A DNA stretch of 60,190 nt, filler included, from Sphacelaria rigidula (lineage: Eukaryota), in assembly GCA_964200075.2 (NCBI GenBank). It is 8 parts of 8 records of this genome, joined end to end, with 100 filler letters (N's around TTAATTAATTAA, not from the genome) between each part and the next. Parts side by side here need not be neighbours in the genome. Positions count along the whole stretch, not along the records: positions 45,220 to 52,655 come from CAXNAA020014925.1; positions 52,756 to 60,190 come from CAXNAA020014926.1; 6 more parts are not named here. The stretch is one strand, 5' to 3'. Positions 50,382-60,190 of the stretch are shown in pieces. A program made the translations under genes and the position numbers. Under the pieces are notes generated by a model. It searched no databases, was not told where the DNA came from, and saw nothing but the letters and a program-made list of their open reading frames with translations. The number at the start of each line of letters is the position of its first letter. Within the stretch, counting starts at the first letter, position 1.

Positions 50382-50910
50382 CAAGAGCAGGTCGAGTAGG
50401 ATACACCCGATATTCGGTGTTTTTGAAAAGTCATACTCTTAGTACCCAAAATGGATACAGTATAAGAAATCGTACCCAATCTACCCAAAAGCTGGGTAGA
50501 GTATGTGAGGTCATACTCAATCTACCCAAAAGTTGGGTAGAGTACTGAGGTCATACCCAAGTGATACTCTATACCCGAGTATTACTGAGTACTTACCCAA
50601 TATTGGGTAGAGTAGATGAGGTCGTACATAATCTACCCAATTTTTGGGTAGATTATTTGAGGTCATACCCAATCTACCCAAAATTTGCGTAGAGTATTGA
50701 GATCATACCTAAGTGATGCTCTATACCCAGTTATTGCTAAGGGTGCTTGCCCAATATTGGGTCCAGTATTCGAGGTCGTACTCAATCTACCCAAAATTTA
50801 GGTAAAGCATCTGAGGCCGTACCCAACCTACCCAAACATTGAGTGAAGTACATACCCGTTTATTTTACCCCGAGTGTTCAAAACCACATACGCTACCCGA
50901 CCTGCCCCTG
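50382..50910. mobile_element. hAT-like MITE with internal ~40-bp palindromic tandem repeats
   Basis: Imperfect TIR CAAGAGCAGGTCGAGTAG / CTACCCGACCTGCCCCTG; flanks AAGATTGT / AAGATATT (6/8); repeated GAGGTCATACCCAATCTACCCAAAA.TTGGGTAGAG; relative at ~23560-23772. Confidence 0.75.
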
Positions 50911-51414
50911 AAGATATTTTATATTTTCCAATAATATCGTGCCTTATCGGAGCAGGAAAATCTATACGCTCAAAGCCTGTTTACGTTTTTACCCCCCTGT
51001 GAATGATGGGTGCAATACCATCCCCAAGAAAAGCCTGGTCTGGCGAAATCCGGCGTGCTCCGTTCCGGCTTCGTAGGGATGCGAGGTCAATGGTCATAAT
51101 ATGACACTGGCATGCAAGATCATGAGTACACCCCCCACCCCTCCGAGATGACTGAAGGAAGAATCTTTCTAGCAGAAACCGACCATCTGTTTGCTCGGAT
51201 GAAAACATGAACGTAGTTGTCGCAGAGTGCACACGGAAATATGTGACGCACAACCCATCGCCACAACACATGTAACTGATAACTGAAAGCCATATTACCC
51301 CCGCAAGCAAAAGACAGATAGCTCAACCAGCTCAACCCGTAGCTGTTGATCAGCTGAGCACGTTGTGCTTTGCTTTGTCTACTCGGTTCAGGATTCGACG
51401 AGAAAAAAAGCAGA

Positions 51415-51680
51415 TCGCGTCAGACGCGCGCCGAAAGCACCATCACATGATGTCAGCAACGGCACGTTGTTTGTTTACTTCGACACGCACGCGACCACCC
51501 CTTCGTTCATTACTGACTGGATTCCCGTCGAAGAAGGACAGCTGTCAGTAGATGGGCAAAGGCCAGCGGGGGAGCGAGTGCGCACGAGCGGTGCGTGTCT
51601 GTGCGTGTTTTTCGGGCTAGGTGTGCAGGTGTTGTGGCTGCTTGTCGCGTCTTTCCTGCACCAGCACAGAGATGTGCGAC
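51415..51680 (+). repeat. Diverged dispersed repeat, homologous to ~6310-6590
   Basis: Colinear blocks CAGACGC.CGCCGAAA.CACC, CACGCACGCG.CC, GCGTCTTTC.TG...CAGC.CAGAGATGTG. Confidence 0.6.
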
Positions 51681-54228
51681 GAATGAACCCTGTTAAAACC
51701 AGCGTACTTTTAAACCTGTGCGTAGATCTGGCTTACGTCTGGATGGGAAAATGTGTCTTGGATAATATTGAAAGTGATCGTTGGGGTCACAAATGCGTTC
51801 GCAAGCATATTTCACCTCTTTCGATAAGACACGACGTTCTCCACGGATCTGTACTGCTGTTTTCTGACCTTGCTGTACATGCGGTAGTCATACATGGAGT
51901 GCCCTTCAGTAGTACACAGGGCAAAACAGTACGAATCAGTACACAGCACACATATATTTAACTGCACTTGGACAGAGTACCGCAATATCGGCGGTCGCTT
52001 CAGCCTACTGTGCTTAGTGAACGTACTGTCTCTCATGTAGATACTGGCGCCGCTGAGCATGCGTACCTGAGCACCGTTCGCTGACCACGGTTACACATTT
52101 GTGTTGTGGACAACCCTGATGTATGCTAAACGGCCAGATGTATGACGTAATCCTGACAGTAGCCCACAGCTGACGGTCTCGCTTACTGTACTGTACTGTA
52201 CTGTACTGATCAGGACCTGCACTTCACGTCTCGTAACGAATCGACGTTCTGTGATGTATTGCACTGTATATTTGTAACACGTACCTCAGTCATCGTTCCC
52301 CATCAAGAGTAACGTCTAATCAGCATCATTTTGTTTTGCCGATCCAGAAGCTACGAATAAAAACATGTGCTTAAATCTTCGTCGGCCAAGCTGTGAGAGT
52401 AGGGTAAAAAAGTTCCCAGGGACGGACTTCCAGCTAGCTTTTTCCACCCTTTTGGAACTCGCGAAAAACAGTACACTCCCATATGCGAGCTTTCGTCACC
52501 GGGGAAACGTCACTTCGTGTTCGGTGCACGAAGTTGTCACATCAGTATACTCGCATTTAGTGTGGTGCACCGTGTTGGTGGGCTGCATCATCGACACTTG
52601 CAGAAAAACAACCATATCTTGTCCAAGAAAACGTCGATTGTAATTTGCCGTTTTTNNNNNNNNNNNNNNNNNNNNNNNNNNNNNNNNNNNNNNNNNNNNT
52701 TAATTAATTAANNNNNNNNNNNNNNNNNNNNNNNNNNNNNNNNNNNNNNNNNNNNAAAACACTTTAGCACCACCATCATTCTTAACTCCCCCCCCATTCT
52801 TGTTCTTGGGTTGAAAGGGGGGGGGGGGGGAGGTAAGTAAATTCAAGGATTGAAACTGACGGGCGTTGAATCAACGAGATCGTTTCTGAATCGATGAAAG
52901 TATTTGTAGCTGGACTCGGGGAGTCGGGATGGATCATCTACATATTTAAACCTATATACCTTCATACTCGAGCGCTCAGCGTGCTTCATTGAACATCCGT
53001 GCGCCCTCAGCGCCCTAGAGCTGTTTTTCTGCGATTTCTCCGCCGCTCAGCCTTGTTTCGCCGCGAGGCTTCGCGCAGCGATAGGCCTCAGTCGCGAGGG
53101 CCTTGCCCGCGTGCGGGTTGCTCTCGCCGCGGCTGTCGCGCAGCGCTAGCGAGGTGGCAACGTTGCGTCTCCGCGGTCTCCCACACGCGCCCCAATCACA
53201 GCCCTGTTTCTTTACAACGCCCAGTCTGTTGGGGTCCTCCTACAGTCCCGCGGTTACGCTCTTTTTTTTCTGTCTCTTTCTGATTCTCGACGGTCATGAC
53301 CACCGCGTGACAGCGTGCGTCCATCGTCGCAACACCGGTCGCACGAGTCGTATTGCTACACTACTCTGCTGTTTGTCGTTGCTTGCTTCCAGGGGTTTTC
53401 GTCCCGCCGTCTCCATACCTGACTACTTTGGTTCAGAGGATAGCCCCTCTAACCTGACACTTACTATCCTCTGAACCAAAGTCAATTGTTGAGTCAGGTT
53501 AGATGGGCATTCTTCTGAACCAAAGTAGTCAGGGCTGACTACTTTGGTTCAGAGAACCTAGCAGTATTGTTGGGTTATAGAAGAGAATAGAGAAGTGATG
53601 TATACAATGGGTCGGGCCACTATGTAGTAGTAGCAGATGGCCTACGTTGTCACAAGTAGCAACGTCTACAATACTAAAATAATAAATCAATGCCAGCTCC
53701 GACGAGCGGAACAAAGTCTCCATTTTGCATCAATACCAACCAACTTTTCAATTGTCATCATTCTGCGGCCCCGATCACGCACATATGCGTCTACTTCTCC
53801 GGTACTACTCCTGCAACTGCAATAACAACAGTTGCTTTTCATCAACATAATCAATTCCACTAATCACCACCTACTACAACACGCTGAATTGCGAATACTA
53901 CTACAGCACTTGACATCGCTTGCAGCCTACGAGCGAAGCCGTGGACCGCCTAAGCGGCCCGCCGCGAAGCGCCCTCTTATATATATATATATAACTCTGC
54001 TTTGCTTCTGATGTATAAGGTATGAGAGGGATATACACTGTTTTGAGGAGATTGAAAGTATTGGCCGCGAGTCAGAGAACCCGAACTGGTGTGGGTACAG
54101 AGGAAGGAAAATAGAAGGAATGAGGTTTGCTATCGGTTGCAGATTTGCATTTTGTTTTTGGAACCCACCAACCATCACCGCGTCTGCAACACGTATCTGC
54201 ATCACGTATCATACCTACACAGGGTCAG

Positions 54229-54453
54229 ATGGACACAACCACGCGTGCGGGGCCCAACAGCGGTGGGACGTCACTGCCGCTTCCCCAGTCTAGCAATAAT
54301 AGCGGCAGCGAAGCCGGTGAAGTGGGCGAGGATGAGGGGGGGGGAGGCGGACGGGGGGACGCGAGCGTCGGTAGTGGTGCTGGGGTTCAGCTGACGAAGC
54401 TTGTGCTGAAATTCACAACGGCGTCAGAGGCGGATGTGCAACCTTCCCGGGAG
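54229..54453 (+). CDS. Tandem FHA-domain protein, probable first coding exon
   Basis: ATG 54229 shortly after a CACAG acceptor; MDTTTRAGPNSGG...QLTKLVLKFTTASEADVQPSRE; GAG|GTGGGT donor, phase 0. Confidence 0.7.
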
Positions 54454-54817
54454 GTGGGTCGTTTTCCAGTCGCTTGCTTGTGTTATGCTGTGCTGTGCTG
54501 TTACGTTTTCCTGCGGAAGAAAGTAGGGAAGGAAGGAATGGACGAAGGAAGGAAAGCAAAACAGAGTGAAGCGAGGAGAGAACTTGAAACGTTCGTGCAT
54601 ACACCGATAAGCTAAGTAGAGATACAACTATTGTGCAAATCTCGCACATTTTTTGTGTGTGTGTGTGCACAAAGAGTCGAGTGCTTTGACCAGACACGCA
54701 CTCAATGCGTACGTATAGCACATACATACACATCGGAGTATGACAAATGTGTAGTTTTGAAAGCGTCAGCAGCCGCCCCCACACGGATCGCACATCCACG
54801 CACCAAAAAATGCACAG

Positions 54818-55186
54818 ATTAACACGGACGGTGCCAGTATCGGTCAATCGGAGCTCAACACCGTCTCCATCCCGTCGGACAGCATGCTCGCTCCGCTCAA
54901 TCACGCCTTCGTACGCTTCGACGGCGCCGCTGCCGCCGCCGTGGTGCGACGAAGCGACAGCACAGCCACCCTCCCCGCTGGCGACAACGGCGATGACCAC
55001 TCTACGACGGACGGCGGAGAGGCGACCTCACGTAAAGCGGGACCGCCGGTCTCTGGCGGCGATGTTGGGGTGGGGAGGACGGGGGTTTGTGGGTTTTTCT
55101 TCGCGGACGGAGGGCAAGAGACGGACTTCGCCGCAGCGGTGCGAATACGCGTTGGTGAGGGAAATCGAGATTGGCCGCTTGTGCAG
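54818..55186 (+). CDS. Tandem FHA-domain protein, exon (degenerate FHA1)
   Basis: CACAG acceptor; 123 codons INTDGASIGQSELNTVSIPSDSMLAPLNHAFVRFD...GFFFADGG...DWPLVQ; CAG|GTGAGA donor. Confidence 0.82.
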
Positions 55187-55903
55187 GTGAGAACCACTGT
55201 GTTCGAAGATATGTCGACCCGTCGTCATTCGCTGTGTTTCATTGCGTGTGTGAGAGCAATTTTTTGGGGGAGGGGGAGGGGAGTTCTCAGTTGTTGCTTG
55301 CCTTCGTCGTTTGACCATATTGACCACGCATCCCTTTCGAGACGGAGCACTGTTTTTATTCTTCATAGAGACATCTCCAACATTTATAATAGCTGCTCAT
55401 CACGTTTCTTCCATACATCGCACAAGAACATTCAACATATCTCATCCCCGTCCTGTTTCGCCGTCTGTAGCCACCATCTTATCTCCTAGTATAGCCATCG
55501 TTTTCTCGCTACTGTCTAATGTATCAAACGATTTCATGCCACCTTCGTTCAGACCCCGCATTTCTTCTCGCACGTCCCGTTCTTCCTTGTGTAGTTCACG
55601 TTGTCGGAGGGGGGGGATACAAGGGATTGTGTTGCGTTGTACTGTGTTGTGTTGCTTGTTTGTTTTGTGAGACAAGGGTTCGTTCTGGTGTACGCGTGGG
55701 TAGCAGCTGGCCGCTGGCCGCTTAACCCTTAGACAGCCCCCCCCCCCCCCCCCCCCCCCGGGGGACAAAAGGGGGGGGTCCCACGCTTTGGGTTTAAAAA
55801 AACACTTTTCTCGCCAAAAAAAAAAAAATATTCATGACCATGTGGATATTGGCATCGGCATGCTAATGGAAAGTAATCCCGCAGAACCGCTGACCGGGTT
55901 TAA

Positions 55904-56440
55904 CCCTTTAGTCACTCGCGTGCAGAGTCAGTATGTGTGCTGTTTGTCTTCGCTGGACATAGCGACAAAAAACAGTCAGCGTGTCATCGCTCTCCACTGA
56001 CCACAGGCTACTACTGCACGCTGCTGGTGTCTCTGCTCAATGTTCCACAGCAACACTGCAGTGTGAAGCCATGCTGGCAAGACAGGAAGATTCGGGCAGG
56101 CGGCATAGACCACGAGCAGAGTGTGAAGCACGTCGTTTCTGTCCATGTAATCTGTAGTTGAATTGTCGTGACCAAAATGAGAAATGTGGCTACTGGGCAT
56201 TGGTAGTCCACCTGTAGGGGAACAAAGTGATCAATTTGAAAGCCGTGATTGGTCAGAACACCGCCCCTCTCGGGCCTCCTTGGCTTGTAATTTTTCCTAG
56301 GAAGCTTCCATACACACATGGTTGACTTGGCAAGCTTTTCGGCTGTCCAGCACACAGACTCCCACCCCCTGGAATACGTCGGATGTCCCTGGGCTGTCAG
56401 CCGGTGGAACTTTTCCGAGGCGACGCTCGCTGTCAAGGGG
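55904..56440. mobile_element. piggyBac-like MITE in an intron of the FHA gene (homologous to 49137-49450, inverted)
   Basis: TTAA-CCCTT...AAGGGG-TTAA; abuts another TTAA-CCCTT element at 55726-55898. Confidence 0.7.
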
Positions 56441-56727
56441 TTAATATGCCATAATGTGACGGCGTAGTGTGGAAGATGACATGAAAGAGGATGGAACGTC
56501 TTCTTCCACGAAGGCTGTCGTCTAAACGAAGCAGATAGTGATGGAAAGCTTGCTTTGCCGTGTTTCGTCTTCAATATACCCTTCCCCATTTTGTTCCTTC
56601 TCTCCCTCTTTTCTTATTCATATTGTTGTCCGCATCATACACAAACTCTTTTTCGTGCCTGCCTGCCTGCCTGCTGTGTGGTTTCGATCCCTTTACCTTT
56701 TTTTTTTCCTCTCTCTTTTTGTTCCAG

Positions 56728-56844
56728 GGGTCTCACTTTTCTGCCGGGCTTACGGTGTTCAAGGCACATCGCGTGCCTCCAGCGAGGAGTCGTATCGACA
56801 ATGCGACGGAGGGTAAATCGGCGGCGGACAGCCGTAGCAAGCGG
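56728..56844 (+). CDS. Tandem FHA-domain protein, exon (end of FHA1 plus linker)
   Basis: Long pyrimidine tract and TTCCAG acceptor; GSHFSAGLTVFKAHRVPPARSRIDNATEGKSAADSRSKR; CGG|GTGAGT donor. Confidence 0.85.
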
Positions 56845-57115
56845 GTGAGTTGCTTGTTGTCCTTCTTTTGGTTGGTTGGATACCGTCCATTATGATTAGT
56901 TGTAGTAGTGCTGGTCACGCTGTTGACGACGGAATTGGAGCTGAACATGTCCATGTTTCGCGGGCTACGGGTGGAGTTTTTCCCACGCGATAATCTGGCA
57001 TTTTTATTGTTCTAGATTGGCTGGTTTGGCTGCTTGGTTGGTTGGTAGATGTTGAATGGCGAACGGTGGCGGATGATTGCAGTGGTTCCTTCAAACGTGT
57101 TGCTGACACAAGAAG

Positions 57116-57415
57116 GTTGACGATGGTGATGAGGTGACGGCCGTAAGCGACCACGGCTGCGGTACCGTCCCTAGTGACACTACTCCTACTGGGGCTGGCG
57201 TGGTCTCAGAGGATGGCGGCAACGGTAAAAGCGACGGCGACAGCATGGGGGATGCGGCTGCTGGCCCGGCGGCGCCGTGCTTGTGGCTGGAAGCTCTGGC
57301 CGGCTGCTTGAAGGGGCAGGTGTGGGAGGTGGGACCGAAAGGAGGAACGTTGGGGAGAGCAAGCGACAACAGTGTCAGCTTGGCGGACAAGGAGATGTCA
57401 CGGCGGCATTCCAAG
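57116..57415 (+). CDS. Tandem FHA-domain protein, exon (start of canonical FHA2)
   Basis: AAGAAG tandem acceptor (start 57113 or 57116); ...LWLEALAGCLKGQVWEVGPKGGTLGRASDNSVSLADKEMSRRHSK with FHA GR and SxxH motifs; AAG|GTGTGG donor. Confidence 0.85.
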
Positions 57416-58844
57416 GTGTGGTGGTGGTGGTTGTCGTGGGAAGCGATGGCGATTAGGCCTGAACATGTTACTACATGCACTCTTGCTTGTCTGACGGAAG
57501 GACATGCCGAAAGCACGAAAGTAGGTTGTAGGTCATCGTTCAACAAAAGAAAACATCCGGCGAAAGAAACGCTATGCAGTTCTTGTTCGTGCCCCAGACA
57601 CGGAAGTCAGGGCGTCGAAGAGATTTACGCCCGCCATCAGATGTTTCGTTCCTCGTCTGTGAGGCTTCATGATGAGCCGTTTCAAGCGTTTAAAAAAGAG
57701 CGTGATGGTACCCACCGGCGGGGTGGGGTGATGGTGTGTGTTGGTTTGGCGCGATGCTATATTTACATCGTCTGAGGTTTGTGTTTGATCATCGGAAGTT
57801 GCACTGCATCGTGATGGCGCGGAGTTGAATGACGGTCGGGATGATATCTTTCCTTTTTTGGTTGTTGATCAACACTCTTTTAGGTACTGTATACCTTCAT
57901 GTACCTCTACGGTGACGAATTTTGGGTTGACTCTGGTTGACTTTTCATTTTTTGTTCTTTATGCAGCCATGGAATGGTAGATGCGTTTTCTTTCATATTT
58001 TTTCTTCATATCCTTCTTGCCGTAATAAAATACAGGATATGAGACTTGCGCATGCGTGGGGGGTCTGATATTTCCCCCCTCATTGTGTATATGCACACCA
58101 GTACTCGTATCACGTACGCCGCTGTACGCAGAGTGCCACCACTATTGGGCAGCGCTGATATGCGCTTCTCGTACGGTTGTAGATCCTTTCTCCGTCGTGC
58201 TTCCGCAACCATCGGCGTCTATGGATGTTGAAACGTCTAGGCTATCCCGGTAGTAGGAGGTCACAATTCCAAAAGGATTCGAATGTTGTGCGTGTGTTTG
58301 CGTGTGCGAGTTTTGGCTTTTTCCTCCCAGGGGTGAATCAGTAGTGACAATGAACCAATCCATGTCTTGGTTGTTGAACACTTTTCAATTCGGTGCCGCT
58401 TATCGAAAAAAAAGTCAGAACTCGCGCACCCGCTCGACTCTCGCTAGGTGTATTTTCTATTCTACTCGCATTCGTACGCTATCAACAAGGAGATCAGATG
58501 CTTATCAGATAATGGAGAAAAAAAAATAGACTCACATATGTTGGGAATCGGCCGAGCAATCTTCCGGCCTGCTACTGTATGGTTTCGGTTGTAACTCTTA
58601 CACCATCGGGGCGCGGCGACGGGCAAATGGAGTCGCGTCACCCTTGCCCCATAACTTACCCGAAGACTTCGTGTGTTGCAGCGTGCGTGATACGAACATG
58701 TTTTTTTGTTCAATTTAATGTAGTATTTTGTCGTTTTTTTTTCACGTGTGCGTGTTTTTTCTGTTCTTATTGTTTTATTACGTGTGCGCACCCAACCGGC
58801 CCTTCTCTACTGCCTGTGATCTACGGGAAAAATGTGTCTGACAG

Positions 58845-58919
58845 GTGGAGTACGACGAGTCCCGAGATGAGTTCTACCTCTGCGATCTCGGCAGCCTAAA
58901 CGGCACGTACATGCAAATG
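58845..58919 (+). CDS. Tandem FHA-domain protein, exon (FHA2 DLGSxNGT motif); gene probably continues beyond the contig end
   Basis: GACAG acceptor; VEYDESRDEFYLCDLGSLNGTYMQM; ATG|GTGAGT donor. Confidence 0.9.
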
Positions 58920-58983
58920 GTGAGTGGTTCAATGAGAACGAGAGCAGAAAATTCCTCCTCCCATCCCTCCCCTTCCCCATCGC

Positions 58984-58986
<3 letters not shown>

Positions 58987-59026
<40 letters not shown>
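58987..59026. repeat. (AC)n microsatellite in an intron (others at 4123-4150, 37515-37541; (TA)n at 18438-18462, 53978-53993)
   Basis: Direct reading. Confidence 0.95.
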
Positions 59027-59028
<2 letters not shown>

Positions 59029-60190
59029 TAGCCTGTTTTTTGTTTTTTGACAATACATGTGCACTTCTCGTCGAGTTATCGTAGTTTTTTTTCTTCTTTC
59101 ATGTTTGGTACGTGAAGGTTAACTCCCCATTGCTGTGGTTGATGAAGGTGGTCGGTTCGTCGATGATGTGTTTGTATCCTGTGCTGGTCGTGTTGGTGTT
59201 GGTTTTGATGCAGGTAGTGTTGGCCGCAGGGCTCCATTTGCGTCGCGACTACTATTGAGTCATGTTCCACGATTGGATTGTGTTACCCGCTTGGGTCCCA
59301 GACCATTTTTCGGAACAGGCAACGCCTCCTGACGACCTCGAACGTTGGTCATCTCGACACGCTTTACCTGAAACCCCTATCGCCCTCTTATGTATGCAAG
59401 TACCATATCAAATGACGACATACCGTGTTCTGTATGATCCGTGATCCCCAATCATTGACTGATGAAATTGCTCAACGGAAAGAAATATTGCTTCGCACAT
59501 CTCCGGTGGTTGGTGCGTGGTCCATCAGCGGCCTATGATGCTCGGGGGAGGAGGGTTAACAAAAGACGTCATCAACTAATGTAGAGTACGGTATAGCAAA
59601 GGCACACCTACTCAAAAACAACACGTGGAAAAACAAGTTGCTCTTCGCGGTGGCACGAGGCTGTTGGAACATGAACACGTGCAGCAGCGGCCAAAGTAGG
59701 AACAGAAGGAACTAGCTACATGGAAAGCCAACGCGATAATACCTGTGCTCCCACAGGAGACCGGTTGCTGTGATCCAGCCATGTGTGGATACTCTAGTTG
59801 TACAGTCTGGGTTCGTGGATGTAGTGTTTAACGCACACATCAGCTGGTGGTCCCGGAGAGTCAGTCTCTTGTTGGGGACAGAATAGCCAAGAAACTGTTG
59901 GTGGGAAAAGATTTCTCATGGATGTCATCTAGGGGACCAGGTTCATAGAACCCATGAACGGCAGGAACTTGTTTTCCGCCCCAAAGTCCCGTTTTTTTTC
60001 TTTCATTTCGCTCTTTTTTTGTGTGTGTGTTGACGAAGTAAGTCTCACCGCTGGCACACCTGTTTATTGTTTCGCTTCCGCTTCCGATTCCCCCCTCCCC
60101 CCCCCCACCCCATGCAAGAGAATAAAGCAACTCATTAGAGGCTGTCATCCAAATTCAAGAGAATCAGTAGGCTTCGGGAAGAACAATCTT

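Noticed and set aside
50460-50850. CRISPR-like palindromic ~40-bp repeats
   Set aside because: Units are tandem without unique spacers and lie inside a TIR element

Overview
Eukaryotic, repeat-rich DNA, most likely from a brown alga (Phaeophyceae; inferred from exon/intron style and protein motifs). It is not one locus. Eight contigs of near-identical, descending length (7437,7437,7437,7436,7436,7436,7436,7435 bp) are joined by 100-bp artificial spacers (N44-TTAATTAATTAA-N44), so nothing can be inferred across the spacers. Two spliced host genes are recognisable. One is the 3' part of a PAP/fibrillin-like plastid protein gene (exons 31444-31621, 34280-34402, 35019-35168; the second intron is GC-AG). 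The other is the 5' part of a tandem-FHA protein gene (five exons, 54229-58919). Most of the rest is transposon debris: a Ty1/copia gag-protease relic with two nested TIR insertions, a second gag-like relic, an RTE LINE 3' end, tRNA-derived (CA)n-tailed SINEs, piggyBac- and hAT-type MITEs, foldback elements, and possible MULE and SET-domain relics. The most unusual signals are a short/long pair of repeats anchored on G/C homopolymer tracts (possible poly(C)-tailed retroposons), a 2.7-kb array of 120-bp units with frame-preserving indels and higher-order duplication, a 1.3-kb element built from CAATATATATTG palindromes, and degenerate hammerhead-like cores. Almost all listed six-frame ORFs are spurious.
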